From Macrostomum lignano (Eukaryota), in NCBI GenBank assembly GCA_002269645.1, contig NIVC01000109.1:248001-312000 (forward strand): a DNA stretch of 64,000 bases, written 5' to 3'. This document shows, piece after piece, positions 51,701 to 63,628 of this stretch. The position numbers were made by a program, and so were the translations under genes. Below the pieces are notes generated by a model. The model was not told the origin of the DNA, did not search any database, and saw only the letters and a program-made list of their open reading frames with translations. How positions within the stretch are numbered: position 1 is the stretch's first letter; every line of letters starts with the position of its first letter.

Positions 51701-52009
51701 TTTGGCACTGTTTTCAACTTTTTGTGATGCAATCTTTATCAAAATCGGACTTCAGCCAGTCAGTTTTTTCTCTAGCATTCTTACAATGCATTTCAGGTCG
51801 AAAGAGCTGCTTGACCTTTGCAAAAAATCATGTTTTTCGAATATTTAATCCCTTTAAAATTGAGCAATTTCTTAGCCAAGATGCATGTACCGTTCCAGGA
51901 AAATTTCTGATCAAATGGTGCAAGTTTGAATAAAATCGGTTGAGCCATTTTTTCTGAAATCTATCGCATACCTACCCATATACAGACAACTCATTTTTAG
52001 TATATAGGA
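48702..52009 (-). mobile_element. Non-autonomous Helitron H3, interrupted by an inverted Helitron segment (~50520-51604, +)
   Basis: 3' end GATGTCCCCCATCGGGGGGCGAAGATTGCTAG (CTAG 48702-48705); 5' end TCCTATATACTAAAAATGAG at 52009. The same 3'/5' junction occurs on the + strand at 51511-51604 (CTAG 51539-51542). Confidence 0.75.
48820..51395. repeat. 18 bp and 22-23 bp (ATGTTTGACATGGTGGCTCTTTT) minisatellites in both orientations
   Basis: 18-mer 48820-49470; 23-mer 49550-50500; reverse 23-mer 50530-51075; reverse 18-mer 51078-51395. Confidence 0.95.
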
Positions 52010-52154
52010 CTAGCAATCTTCGCCCCCCGATGGGGGACATCTGGATAGAATCTCTGTTCTCTACAAGTAACAAAAAGACAGCCAAAAAATCCTTCACAAA
52101 GACAACAGACAAACTGCTCAAATGAAGTGAATTGCAATAAGAAATCTTCCCAAG

Positions 52155-55100
52155 ACCACAAGCATCCCCCAGATAGCAAGCATTCCCCAGATAGCAAGCA
52201 TCCCTCAAATAGCAAGCATCCCCCAGATAGCAAGCATCCCCCAGATAGCAAGCATCCCCCAGATAGCAAGCATCCCTCAAATAGCAAGCATCCCCCAGAT
52301 AGCAAGCATCCCCCAGATAGCAAGCATCCCCCAGATAGCAAGCATCCCCCAGATAGCAAACATTCCCCAGATAGCAAGCATCCCCCAGATAGCAAGCATT
52401 CCCCAGATAGCAAACATTCCCCAGATAGCAAGCATTCCCCAGATAGCAAGCATCCCTCAGATAGCAAGCATCCCCCAGATAGCAAGCATCCCTCAGATAG
52501 CAAGCATCCCTCAGATAGCAAGCATCCCCCAGATAGCAAGCATCACTCAGATAGCAAGCATCCCTCAGATAGCAAGCATCCACCAGATAGCAAGCATCCC
52601 TCAGATAGCAAGCATCCCCCAAATTGCAAGCATCGCCCAGATAGCAAGCATCCCCCAGAAAGCAAGCATCCTCCAAATAGCAAGCATCCCCCAGATAGAT
52701 AGCATCCCCAAATAGCAACCATCCACCAGACAATAAGTAGCTAGAGCGACAATTTCCTTAGCTTTATAGTGGCTCCTTTAAATTGGCATGGCGCTTTATA
52801 CCTTTACATTTGAAATTGTATATCTTGAATGTTTGACATGGTGGCTCTTTTATGTTTGACGTAGTGGCTCTTTTATGTTTGACATGGTGGCTCTTTTATG
52901 TTTGACATGGTGGCTCTTCTATGTTTGACATGGTGGCTCTTTTATGTTTGACATGGTGGCTCTTTTATGTTTGACATGGTGGCTCTTTTATGTTTGACAT
53001 GGTGGCTCTTTTATGTTTGACATGGTGGCTCTTTTATGTTTGACATGGTGGCTCTTTTATGTTTGACATGGTGGCTCTTTTATGTTTGACATGGTGGCTC
53101 TTCTATGTTTGACATGGTGGCTTTTTAATGTTCGACATGGTGGCTTTTTAATGTTCGACATGGTGGCTTTTTAATGTTCGACATGGTGGCTCTTTTAGGT
53201 TTGAAATGGTGGCTCCTTAATTTTCGAAATGGTGGCTCTTTTATGTTCGACATGGTGGCTCTTTAATGTTCGACATGGTGGCTCTTTAATGTTCTTAATG
53301 GTGTCTGTTTTATGTTTGACATGGTGGCTCTTTATTGTTCGACATGGTGGCTCTTTAATTTTTAACATGGTAACTCTTTTATGTTTGATATGGTGGCTCT
53401 TTTATGTTCGACATGGTGGCTCTTTAATGTTCGACATGGTGGCTCTTTAATGTTTGACATGGTGGCTCTTTAATGTTCTTAATGGTGTCTGTTTTATGTT
53501 TGACATGGTGGCTCTTTATTGTTCGACATGGTGGCTCTTTAATTTTTAACATGGTAACTCTTTTATGTTTGATATGGTGGCTCTTTTATGTTCGACATGG
53601 TGGCTCTTTAATGTTCGACATGGTGGCTCTTTAATGTTTGACATGGTGGCTCTTTAATTTTTGAAATGGTGGCTGTTTTATGTTTGACATGGTGGCTTTT
53701 TAATGTTCGACATGGTGGCTCTTATAGGTTTGAAACGGTGGCTCTTTAATGTTTGACATGGTGGCTTTTTTATGTTCGACATGGTGGCTCTTTTAATGAT
53801 CGACATGGTGGCTCTTTAATGTTCTTCATGTTGGCTCTTTTATGTTTGACATGCTGGCTTTTTTATGTTTGACATGGTGGCTCTTTTATGTTCGACATGG
53901 TGGCTCTTTTATGTTCTACATGGCTGGTCTTTTATGTTCGACATGGTGGCTCTTGAATGTTCGACATGGTCGCTCTTTTAGGTTTGAAATGGTGGCTCTT
54001 TAATATTTGACAAGGTGGCCCTTTAATGTTTAACATGGTGGCTCTTTAAATTTCGAAATGGTGGCTCCTTAATTTTCGAAATGGTGGCTGTTTTATGTTT
54101 GACATGGTGGCTCTTTAATGTTCGACATGGTGGCTCTTTAATGTTCTTAATGGTGTCTGTTTTATGTTCGAAATGGTGGCTCTTTAATGTTCGACATGGT
54201 GGCTCCTAAATTTTCGAAATGGTGGCTCCTTAATTTTCGAAATGGTGGCTGTTTTATGTTTGACATGGTGGCTCTTTTATGTTCGACATGGTGTCTGTTT
54301 TATGTTCGACATGGTGGCTCTTTTATGTTCGACATGGTGGCTCTTTAATGTTCGACATGGTGGCTCCTTAATTTTCGAAATGGTGGCTCCTTAATTTTCG
54401 AAATGGTGGCTGTTTTATGTTTGACATGGTGGCTCTTTAATGTTCGACATGGTGGCTCTTTAATGTTCGACATGGTGGCTCTTTAATGTTCGACATGGTG
54501 GCTCTTTAATGTTCTTAATGGTGTCTGTTTTTTGTTCGACATAGTGGCTCTTTAATTTTTAACATAGTAACTCTTTTACATGTATGTTTGATATGGTGGC
54601 TCTTTTATGTTTCACATGGTGGCTCTTTAATGTTCGACATGGTGGCTCCTTTAGGTTTGAAATTGTGGCTCTTTAATGTTTGACATTGTGGCTCTTTAAT
54701 GTTTGACATGGTGGCTTTTTAATGTTCGACATGGTGGCTCTTTTAGGTTTGAAACGGTGGCTCTTTAATGTTTGACATGGTGACTCTTTAATGTTTGACA
54801 TGGTGGCTCTTGTATGTTCGACATGGTGGCTCCTTTAGGTTTGAAATGGTGGCTCTTTAGTATTTGACAAGGTGGCTCTTTAATGTTCGACATGGTGGCT
54901 CTTTAATGTTTGACATGGTGGCTCTTTTAGATTTGAAATGGTGGGTCTTTAATGCTTGACAATGTGGCTCTTTAATGTTTGACATGGCTGCTCTTTAATG
55001 TTCGATATGGTGGCTCTTTAATGTTTGACATGGTAACTCTTTTATGTTTGACATGGTGGCTTTTGAATGTTCGACATGGTGGCTCTTTAATGTTTGACAT

Positions 55101-55830
55101 GGTGGCTCTTTTAGGTTTGAAATGGTGGCTCTTTAATGTTCTACATGGTAACTCTTTTATGTTTGATACGGTGGCTTTTTAATGTCTGACATGTTGTCTC
55201 TTTTATGTTTGACATGGTGGCTCTTTTATGTTCGACATGGTGGCTCTTTAATGTTCGACATGGTGGCTCCTTTAGGTTTGAAATGGTGGCTCTTTAATGT
55301 TTGACATTGTGGCTCTTTTATGTTCGACATGGTGGCTCTTTTAGGTTTGACATGGTGGCTCTTAAATGTTCGACATGGTGGCTCTTTAATGTTTCACATG
55401 GTGGCTCTTTAATATTTGACATAAAGTCACATATATGTTTGACATGGTGGCTCCTAAATGTTTGACATGGTGGCTCTTTATGTTTGACATGGTGGCTCTT
55501 TTATGTTCGACATGGTGGATCTTTTTTGTTCTACATGGTAACTTTTTTATGTTTGATACGGTGGCTTTTTAATGTCTGACATGTTGGCTCTTTTATGTTT
55601 GACATAGTGGCTCTTTAATGTTCGAAATGGTGGCTCTTTAATGTTCGAAATGGTGGCTGTTTTATGTTTGACATGGTGGCTCTTTTATGTTTGACATGGT
55701 GGCTCTTAAATGTTTGACATGGTGGCTCTTTAATGTTCGACATGGTAGCTCTTTAATGTTCGACATGGTAGCTCTTTTATGTTTGACATGGTAACTCTTT
55801 TATGTTCGATATGTTGGCTCTTCTATGTTT
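52155..55830. repeat. 18 bp array (52155-52730) and ~3 kb 22-23 bp array (52830-55830) inside H4
   Basis: Direct reading. Confidence 0.95.
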
Positions 55831-55886
55831 GACATTGCGCTTCTTTGATGTTTAGCAGTTTTGTTGTGTTTTTAAGGTGTTTTAAT

Positions 55887-55970
55887 AAAAAAAATCTTTT
55901 TGCACTACTAAGATTCGAACCCAGGTCGCTACATTAGCATTCCAGTCTGTTCGCATCAGGGCTATCTCTT
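55887..55970 (-). ncRNA. tRNA-like Pol III module in H4 (putative)
   Basis: TAGCCCTGATGC ... CTGGAATGCTAATGTAG ... GGGTTCGAATC, then T8. Confidence 0.4.
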
Positions 55971-57369
55971 TTCAATTGGAGAACATGAATTGTGGCCCTT
56001 ATAATTCAATTCTTACAGCAAGTCAATTGGAGTAAAAAGTTACGACATAATCAATTTCTCAGTTAGCCAGTATCAGTCTCACTTCAAGTTAGCAATATGG
56101 TTACGCAATTTAAATCAAGTCGTGTGTGCATTTCTTCGGTACTGTTTTCAACTTTTTGTGATGCAATCTTTATCACAATCGGAATTCACTCAGTCAGTTT
56201 TTTCTCTAGTATTCTTACAATGCATTTCAGGTCGAAAGAGCTGCTTGACCTTTGCAAAAAAGCATGTTTTTCGAATATTTAATCCCTTTATCATTGAGCA
56301 ATTTCTTAGCCAAGATGCATGTACCGTCCCAGGAAAATTTCTGATCGAATGGTGCAAGTTTGAAGAAAATCGGTTGAGCCAATTTTTCTGAAATCTATCG
56401 CATACCCACAGACAACTCATTTTTAGTATATACGAGGCCAACTCCTCCTCCGGAGGAGAAAGGGGAAGAACTCCCATCACCGGAATCCCATAACCGGAAT
56501 TCCATTCCCTGAAATCCATCAGCTGAATCTCATGAGCTAAGTCAGTCAGAGTAAGAGTCACACAAAGCATTTATGACGTAATCAATTTATCAGGCAGTCG
56601 GTGTTAGGCTCATTATAAATTAACTATAAGGTTACGCAATCCAAATCAACCCTCCAATACGTACACAGCGACCTACACTTTCAGTACACAACGCGCAATT
56701 AGAAATCTAACTAACGCATCCATTCCTATCAGGTAGTTATACTTCTGTGTCTCCGTTAAATATATTAAAAAACTAATTCAAAGACATCATTGGGGGTGCG
56801 CAGGAAACGACCAAATTAAAGGGATAGTATAAGCACGGGTCATTGGCTAAGTATTGCATAATTGTTAATTCAGAATTTATGTGCATGTAATACCTTTTCA
56901 TTATTTATGATGTTTACTAATAGCCTATGAATCGACTGGCTCGTTTGTATTCTGAATCCTGCGCACCCCGAGTACAGTATGGCATATATTTTTTATTAAA
57001 GCTCTTTCCAGCAATAAATTGTGTTATAATAGGGGTGCAAGCAAAGGTGGGGAGAAAGTGGAAGAAACCTAATAACTTAACTGACAATACTAAATGTGTG
57101 AATTGGCCGTTAATATTACACGTGTAACAAAATACATAAATAATTACGAACGGCTACTTTGTACATTAAAAAGATTCAGAAAAAATAAGTACGGCAATTG
57201 AATCTAAATTGCTTGGAGCCTGAGCATTCTTAGAAGCTCCCCTTATATGAGCAACTCTATCAAGAAACAGTTTTGCCACTACCTAATAGTTTATGTTAAA
57301 AGATTTATCAGTCTCATTATTTGTCGCACTCTCAATTTGGCACTCAATGTGGCATAAGTATTTTCGCTC

Positions 57370-57890
57370 GTGAATTCGTCACTCTCAAAATTTATGACTC
57401 ATAATTTGTCTCTCATAATTTATCACTCTCATAATTCGTCACACTCAATATGACATCCTGAATTTTGCACCCTCATAAGTATTATCGCTCTCAAATTTGT
57501 CACTCATAATTTTTCACTCCCTCTCATGATTAACCACTCCTTCTCATAATTTTTCACCCACTCGCTCCCATAATTTGTCACTCACTCTCATAATTTGTCA
57601 CTCACTCTCATAATTTGTCACTTACTCTCATAATTTGTCACTCACTCTCATAATTTGTCACTCACTCTCATAATTTTTCACTTACTCTCATAATTTGTCA
57701 TTTATTCTCATAATTTGTCACTCACTCTCATAATTTGTCACTCACTCTCATAATTTTTCACTTACTCTCATAATTTGTCATTTATTCTCATAATTTGTCA
57801 CTTACTCTCATAATTTGTCTCTCACTCTCATAATTTTTCTCTCACTCTCATAATTTATCACTCACTCTTATAATATGTCACTCATATTAT
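57370..57890. repeat. 20 bp minisatellite CTCACTCTCATAATTTGTCA in the Helitron 3' region
   Basis: About 20 or more copies. Confidence 0.95.
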
Positions 57891-57929
57891 ATTTCTGTCA
57901 TTTGAGTCTGTTAATTCAATTGAGTCTAA

Positions 57930-60900
57930 TCAGTTCTGCTTGCCGATAAGCTGGCGCAGCACGATGTTCCGCGTCCGTCCGCCTGGAGCCCGAACTTTAA
58001 CGCCATCGGCACTCCGCGCACGACTCAGAGCCACGTAGAGCTGGCCATGCTGAAAGCAAGCCGTCGTCAGGTCGACGGCGTAGGTGCCCAGCGACTGGCC
58101 CTGGCTCTTGTGGATGGTCATGGCGAAGCACGGCCGGATCGGGAACTGCAGACGGCGGAAAACAAACGGAACCTCTGTCGGACTCGGCTCCTGCGGGATC
58201 CGCGGGATGAACACCTGCCGCGAACGGTAGACGCCGGTGGTTACCTCCGCTAGCAGGACGTTGTCACGCAGTTCACGCAGCAGCAGCCGAGTCCCGTTGC
58301 ACAGCAGCGGTGGGTCCAGATTCCGCATCATGACGACCGGCATGCCGACCTTCAGCTCCAGTCGGTGATGCGACATACCGCTGGGGTCCAGCCGGTTCAG
58401 CAGCTCCGGCGGAAAATTGGTCGCTGCCGTGTCGTCATTCGGAATCGAGTCGACAGATAAGTAGAGTCGGCTCTCACCGGGGAAGAGCGCTAAGCAGGCG
58501 GCGTTGGCCTCGTCCACCGTCCTGTTGAGTGGCGCCAGGATGCTCCGCTCCGCGAACATCTGGTCACGCTGCGCACTCGGCTCAAAGGACGGGTAAACGT
58601 GCCGGATGAGCTGCTCAGTGGTTGTGTCCTCGGGCAGAAGGATCTCGCTAGGCAAGGAGACCATGCCCTCAACGTCCTCTGGCAGCTCCCCGTTGCCAAC
58701 CTGACGGTGAAAAAGTGGAATGAAATTTTACAATTTTTTCCTTCAATTCGCATGCTTAATGAGAGCATAGAAACTCCAGAGATTCTCACCTGCATAAGAA
58801 AATCCGCGTAGCTTTGGAGAGCCGAGCCGCCCTCCAGCCGCAGATTCCTTGTGAGCTGGTGCTGCCGGAAGTGCGGCCACAGCACCGACCGATTCAGGCA
58901 GGCTTCGATCGTGTTGGCCTGCGTCCCTCCGGGCACAACAGCAAGCAACTGCCGAAAGTCGCCAGCCAGCACCAGCAGCGCTCCCCCGAACGGCTGCCCA
59001 CCGTGCAGCAAATCCCGCAGAGTCCGCTCGACGATCTCGAGGTCTTTGCGGTGCGTCATCGGAGCCTCGTCCCACACGATGAGGCGGGCGTTCCGCAGAA
59101 TCTCCGCCAATTTGCTCCGCCTGCCGATGGAGCAGAAGGCGCTGTCCTGCCGTACAGCGCAGACGGGGATCTTGAACCTGTAGGCAGGTATCGCGAGGAT
59201 GGTCAATTGTGATGATAAATAAGGGATGACTTTCTGTGCTTAAAAACTAACAGTTTATAAAAATATTTATGCGGACACAAAACTCACATCGAGTGGGCGG
59301 TCCGACCTCCGGGTAGAATAGTCGCCGCGATGCCCGATGACGCGACGGCAACAGCGATTTGACGTCTTGCTCGAACCGACTTCAGCAGAAGTGTGAGCAG
59401 GAACGTCTTGCCTGTGCCTCCAGGAGCGTCAATGAAATGCAGCCCGCCGCCACCGGCCGTCAGATTGGACTGCACGGCCTCGAAGACAGCTCGCTGCTCG
59501 TCAGTCAGGGTAGCGACCAGCGCATCCACTTCGGACTGCAGCTCAGCAGCTTCATGGGGCGTCGGCAGGCAGTCAGAAAGAAGCCGAGTCTGGATATTGA
59601 AAAGTGGCTGTCATCAGTTAGCAAATAAAGGTAAAAAAAATTAACAGTCAGTGCATAGAAGTGATTTTATTTACCTGATCCGGCTCTGCCAGTGGTTGAG
59701 GAAGGCCGTAGGCAGACAGCTCGGATCCGCCCATCCGCTCCAGCCGCTTCTGCAGCGACCGCAGCACTTCGGCCATAGCAGCCTCGGCGCTCAAGCCCTG
59801 GTGCAGCAGGTCGCCAGCCATCTCGCGGGAAAACTCCTCCCAGAGCTTCACGGGGTCGCTTGGATCGCCGTGCGCCAAAATTGCGGCAAAAAGTCGGCGC
59901 AGAGCAGCAGGCATCCGCGTCTGGGCAGCTTCGGACAGACACAGCTGCCAGTGCCTGTCGTCTTCCAGCAGTCCGCGAGCCTGGCAGGCGGCCTTGAAGG
60001 TCGGCAGCAGGACTCCATCGACAGTGCGCAGAGCCTCGAACGAAGTCGGGCCGCGCACATTCACCAGCAGCAGGCGCAGGTAAAAACAGTCGCCCATCCG
60101 TGGACTGACTGTGTAGATGCGGCCGATGTTGCTGGTCGTCAGAACATCGGCTGGCTGATCAGCAGCGACTCGGCCGCGACCTGCGCGATGCCACTGGTGC
60201 GCACTTCTGTCCCAGGTGAAGTGCCGGGGCACCTCCTGGTACAGCAGCCCTCGGGCGATATCGTCATGGCGACAAAGCTGGGCGGGTAAGAATAAGAACA
60301 GGAATTAACAGGAAGGAGGAAAAAGTTGAAAAATTGCACTTTTTCTGCAAAACTCACATCGAAGAAGGCGGTCAAAGTCGTGGCCTTGGGCGTAGCAGCA
60401 ACAGCCTGAGCCGTCTCGTCTGTGAAGAAGACCCGCTGCTCGTCCTTAAGATGAACCGCGAGCCTGATCACAGGGGGGTATCGGCTGTGAACCTCAAAGC
60501 CCAGGATGGTGTTGACCGCCTCCATTGGACCGATGAACCTGCCCAGTAGGTATTCGTCGATCTCATCGATCTTGTGTCGCTTTGCGGAAGTCGCAGCAGC
60601 AGCAGCAGCAGTCCCAGTCGACGTGGACGGACCGGCGATCGCCAGTGGTCCTTCAGTGGCCGAATCAGCGCTGGCATTCGCAGCAGCCGCCGATTCCTTA
60701 CGGATCTGGTATGCTGCCATGTCGCTACCCTTGGTGATGTACTTCACCACGTACTTGATGGCCCGAACTGTCGCGCAGATCTCGACATTCAGGTGACAGC
60801 GAAACTCGCGCAGCAGCGCTGGGCAGTACGGCACCACCCAGCGGTTGTCAAAGGTGAACATCACCCTCTGACCGCCACGCAGCTTTGCGAGCTTCGTCAC

Positions 60901-63628
60901 CGTGAAGCCGCCCATCTCGACGGATCTGCGGCAGTAATGCGGGTAGCCATCCTCCTCCACCTTCGTGGCGGCCAGGAACTCCCTCGGGTAGCGCTTGCTG
61001 CACTTGCCTTTCTCCATGCACGCCGCGGCAGAGTTGAGCTGCTGCCCACAGGGACCGTGCAGCATGTTCTCCGCCACCAGCTGATGCAGGTCGGCGTCGG
61101 CGACAGGGTCCGGGATCTCCGCGCTGATGACGGCGTCGTACTGATCCGGCTTCAGCTTGTTCGCCAGCCACAGCAGCGCGTGCACGTGGGGAAGACCTGG
61201 TTGTGGATAAAATTTATTGATAATTGATCATCAATAATTTTATTGAAATTTACGAAGTTATGGAGCCAACAGTTAATGCTACAGTTTAAAGCTTAAAAGT
61301 ACACTTGCCTCGCTTCTGGTACTCCAGCGAGCAGACTCGAGCCAGAGTATCTCCAAACAGACTCTTAAGCCTGTTTAAGAAGGCCTTCTTCTTCAGCTCG
61401 AACACCCGGGCGGTGATGTCCGGCCGATCGACGGCAGTCTGCCCTGGAAGCAGCTCGGCCAGAATTTCCGGCCACTTCGGGTTGCATGTCATCGTCAGAA
61501 ACAGGTCTGGGCGGCCAAAGGCGTGAACATACGCCATGGCATCCTGCTGACGCTCCAGACGGTACCGTGGACCTCCCACGTAGCTGGAAGTAAGAATGAC
61601 ACGCTTCCCGACTTCTTCCGGCCTGCCGTCGTCCTCGTGCAGCGCATCGCGGAGACCCCGAAGACTTTCGGACACCAGATCCGTTTGGTGCTGCCGGATG
61701 TACGTAAGTCGCTCGGACTCGATCTTGGCAGCCTGGTCCACCAGGAACTGCTGGAAGAGCCGGCGACCGTACAGCAGGCTGTTGAACTGGCCTGGTCGCA
61801 CCTGGATCAAGTAGGCGTAGTATTTCATCATGGTGATGCCTCGATCCTTCTTGAGCCCAATGTGCCAGCCGTCCTCGCCGTACGGAAGCAGCAGCACGTA
61901 CTCCAACGGATCGTAGGAGCGATGGGTCTCAGAGATCTCCTGGAGGCCTGTGGATGCAGTTGGGTAATTTAATTCTAAACTACAGTTCAAAAGCAACCAA
62001 AATGTACACCTGAATAACCCAAAACGTTTATTTTATTATCTAACTTTACAATGCAACCCAAATTTTAAGTCTTTTAAGACGCTTAAAGTACTTACCACCA
62101 CCTCTCAGACGCAAAACCACGCTCCGCCATTGCGCCTGAACTACGCCATCAGCATCGCCAAGGTCCGTCAGGATGCCGACCTCACTGCACTCGGGCAAGT
62201 TGAAGCGTCGGACATGCTCCCCAGATGGGCGGGCATCGGGGTTGATGACGACCCTGGCGCTCTGCAGCTGCGGGTCGCTGCGCAGCAAGTCGACTGCGGA
62301 CTTCAGGCTGCGCACGTAGCTGTTGCAATCATGCAGAACAGCTTGCAGCTCCTGCAGCAAAGTGTCGTTGAGACCTGCTGTCCATTGCAGTCTGTTCTGC
62401 AGCTCTTGGTCCACAAAGAAGACCTGGCAGAACCTGGCCGCATCCCCTGGGTCCGGCAACAGGCTGCCGATCCGATGGTGCATCTGACCATGGAGGATGA
62501 AGCTGGGGTTCCACCCGGGCTGTTCACGCTGCCTGGAACCAAGCGAGGTCATATGGAGCGCGCCGTTATACTTCCTGATGTCCTTCAGGAACTGCGAGCT
62601 GAACGGATGCTCGCCAGTCAGCAGCCGCTTCAGAACATCAGGCGGGTCTCGGCGCTGCTCCAGGACGGTCTGTCAGTGTTAGAAAAAAAACTGAAGTAGC
62701 TTTTATGCGGAGACGGGCTGCAGCAAATCATGCAATTGTCGATGACTCCATAGGTGGTCAGAGGCTTGATACAGTACAGGAGGCATAAATGAGGCAGCAA
62801 TTCAAGTAAACTAAAACAATAAATATCAACTCACCTTTCCAGCATGGCAGCAAATGCTAGCTGGCTCGTCCGTCCAGCGTAGCGCGCTGCAGTGAGGGCA
62901 TTGGCGGTCCATGCGACCGAGAACATGTGGCTGGTGTGCCAGCTCCAGCAGCCTGTGGTAATGAAATAGAGTATTTTAATCAGGAATTCTTGAAAATCCA
63001 GATCCACATGCAGAAAATTTAATAGTCTCAGATTATGAGCTACCACACATAAGAATAGCAGAATAAAATTTTATATAGGAACCCTACCTGTCTCGGCGCC
63101 ACTCTGCCTGTGCGTGTACACGGCGGTCGTGGTCCTCAGCGGACTCAGCCGCGCGATACTGGACCTGGCGCTGCCGCTGCGCCTCCAGGCGATGCAGATG
63201 GACTGCCTCCTCCTCGGCTTCACGGCTTTCGACAGCACGCAGCCGGTCGTGGTCGAGCCGATTCTGGCGTTCCACCTCGCCTTCAGCATCCCGGCTTTCA
63301 GCTAAGCGGAGTCGATTGCACTCAAGGCGATGCTGGCGCTGCACTTCGCCTTCGGCCTCACGGCTTCCGGCTGTGCGCAGTCGATTGCACTCAAGGCGAT
63401 GCTGGCGCTGCACTTCGCTTCGGCCTCACGGCTTCCGGCTGTGCGCATTCGATTGGACTCGAGGCGATTCTGGCGCTCCACTTCGCCCTCGGCTCTCTCG
63501 GCCCTATGCTGCCGCTCCCGCTCAACGCGCGCTGCACGCTCATCGGGTGTCTCCGACGCCCTGCGCTTCTTGGCATCCGATGCAGCGCGTGTAGAGCGGG
63601 AAAGGCTTCCTCGACCACGTTTTGGCAT
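57930..63628 (-). CDS. Helitron RepHel transposase (HUH Rep + PIF1-family helicase), 9 exons, ~1591 aa if repaired; 1-nt deletion near 63418
   Basis: Exons 63628-63088, 62952-62835, 62669-62096, 61947-61309, 61196-60358, 60277-59675, 59589-59288, 59177-58790, 58700-57930. Zn-finger-like CPHC...ICC; Rep motifs PDLFLTMTCNPKW, EYQKRGLPHVH, KYVVKYITKG; helicase motifs DAPGGTGKT, WDEAPM, GDFRQL, AMTIHKSQGQS, HGQLYVALSR. Confidence 0.93.

Larger units (their letters stand above)
52010..56432 (-). mobile_element. Non-autonomous Helitron H4
   Basis: 3' hairpin CCCCCATCGGGGG + GATTGCTAG (CTAG 52010-52013); 5' end TATATACTAAAAATGAG at 56432. Confidence 0.8.

Noticed and set aside
51972-52733. GDACYL / DSKHPP repeat ORFs (also 48787-49473, 51027-51433)
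   Set aside because: Frames of the 18-bp Helitron minisatellite.
49550-55830. CRISPR-like regular repeat arrays
   Set aside because: Units are contiguous with no unique spacers, there are no cas genes, and the context is eukaryotic.
44440-55970. Calling the Helitron-internal modules functional tRNA genes
   Set aside because: No complete acceptor stem could be paired and the anticodon stems are mismatched; reported only as tRNA-like Pol III cassettes.
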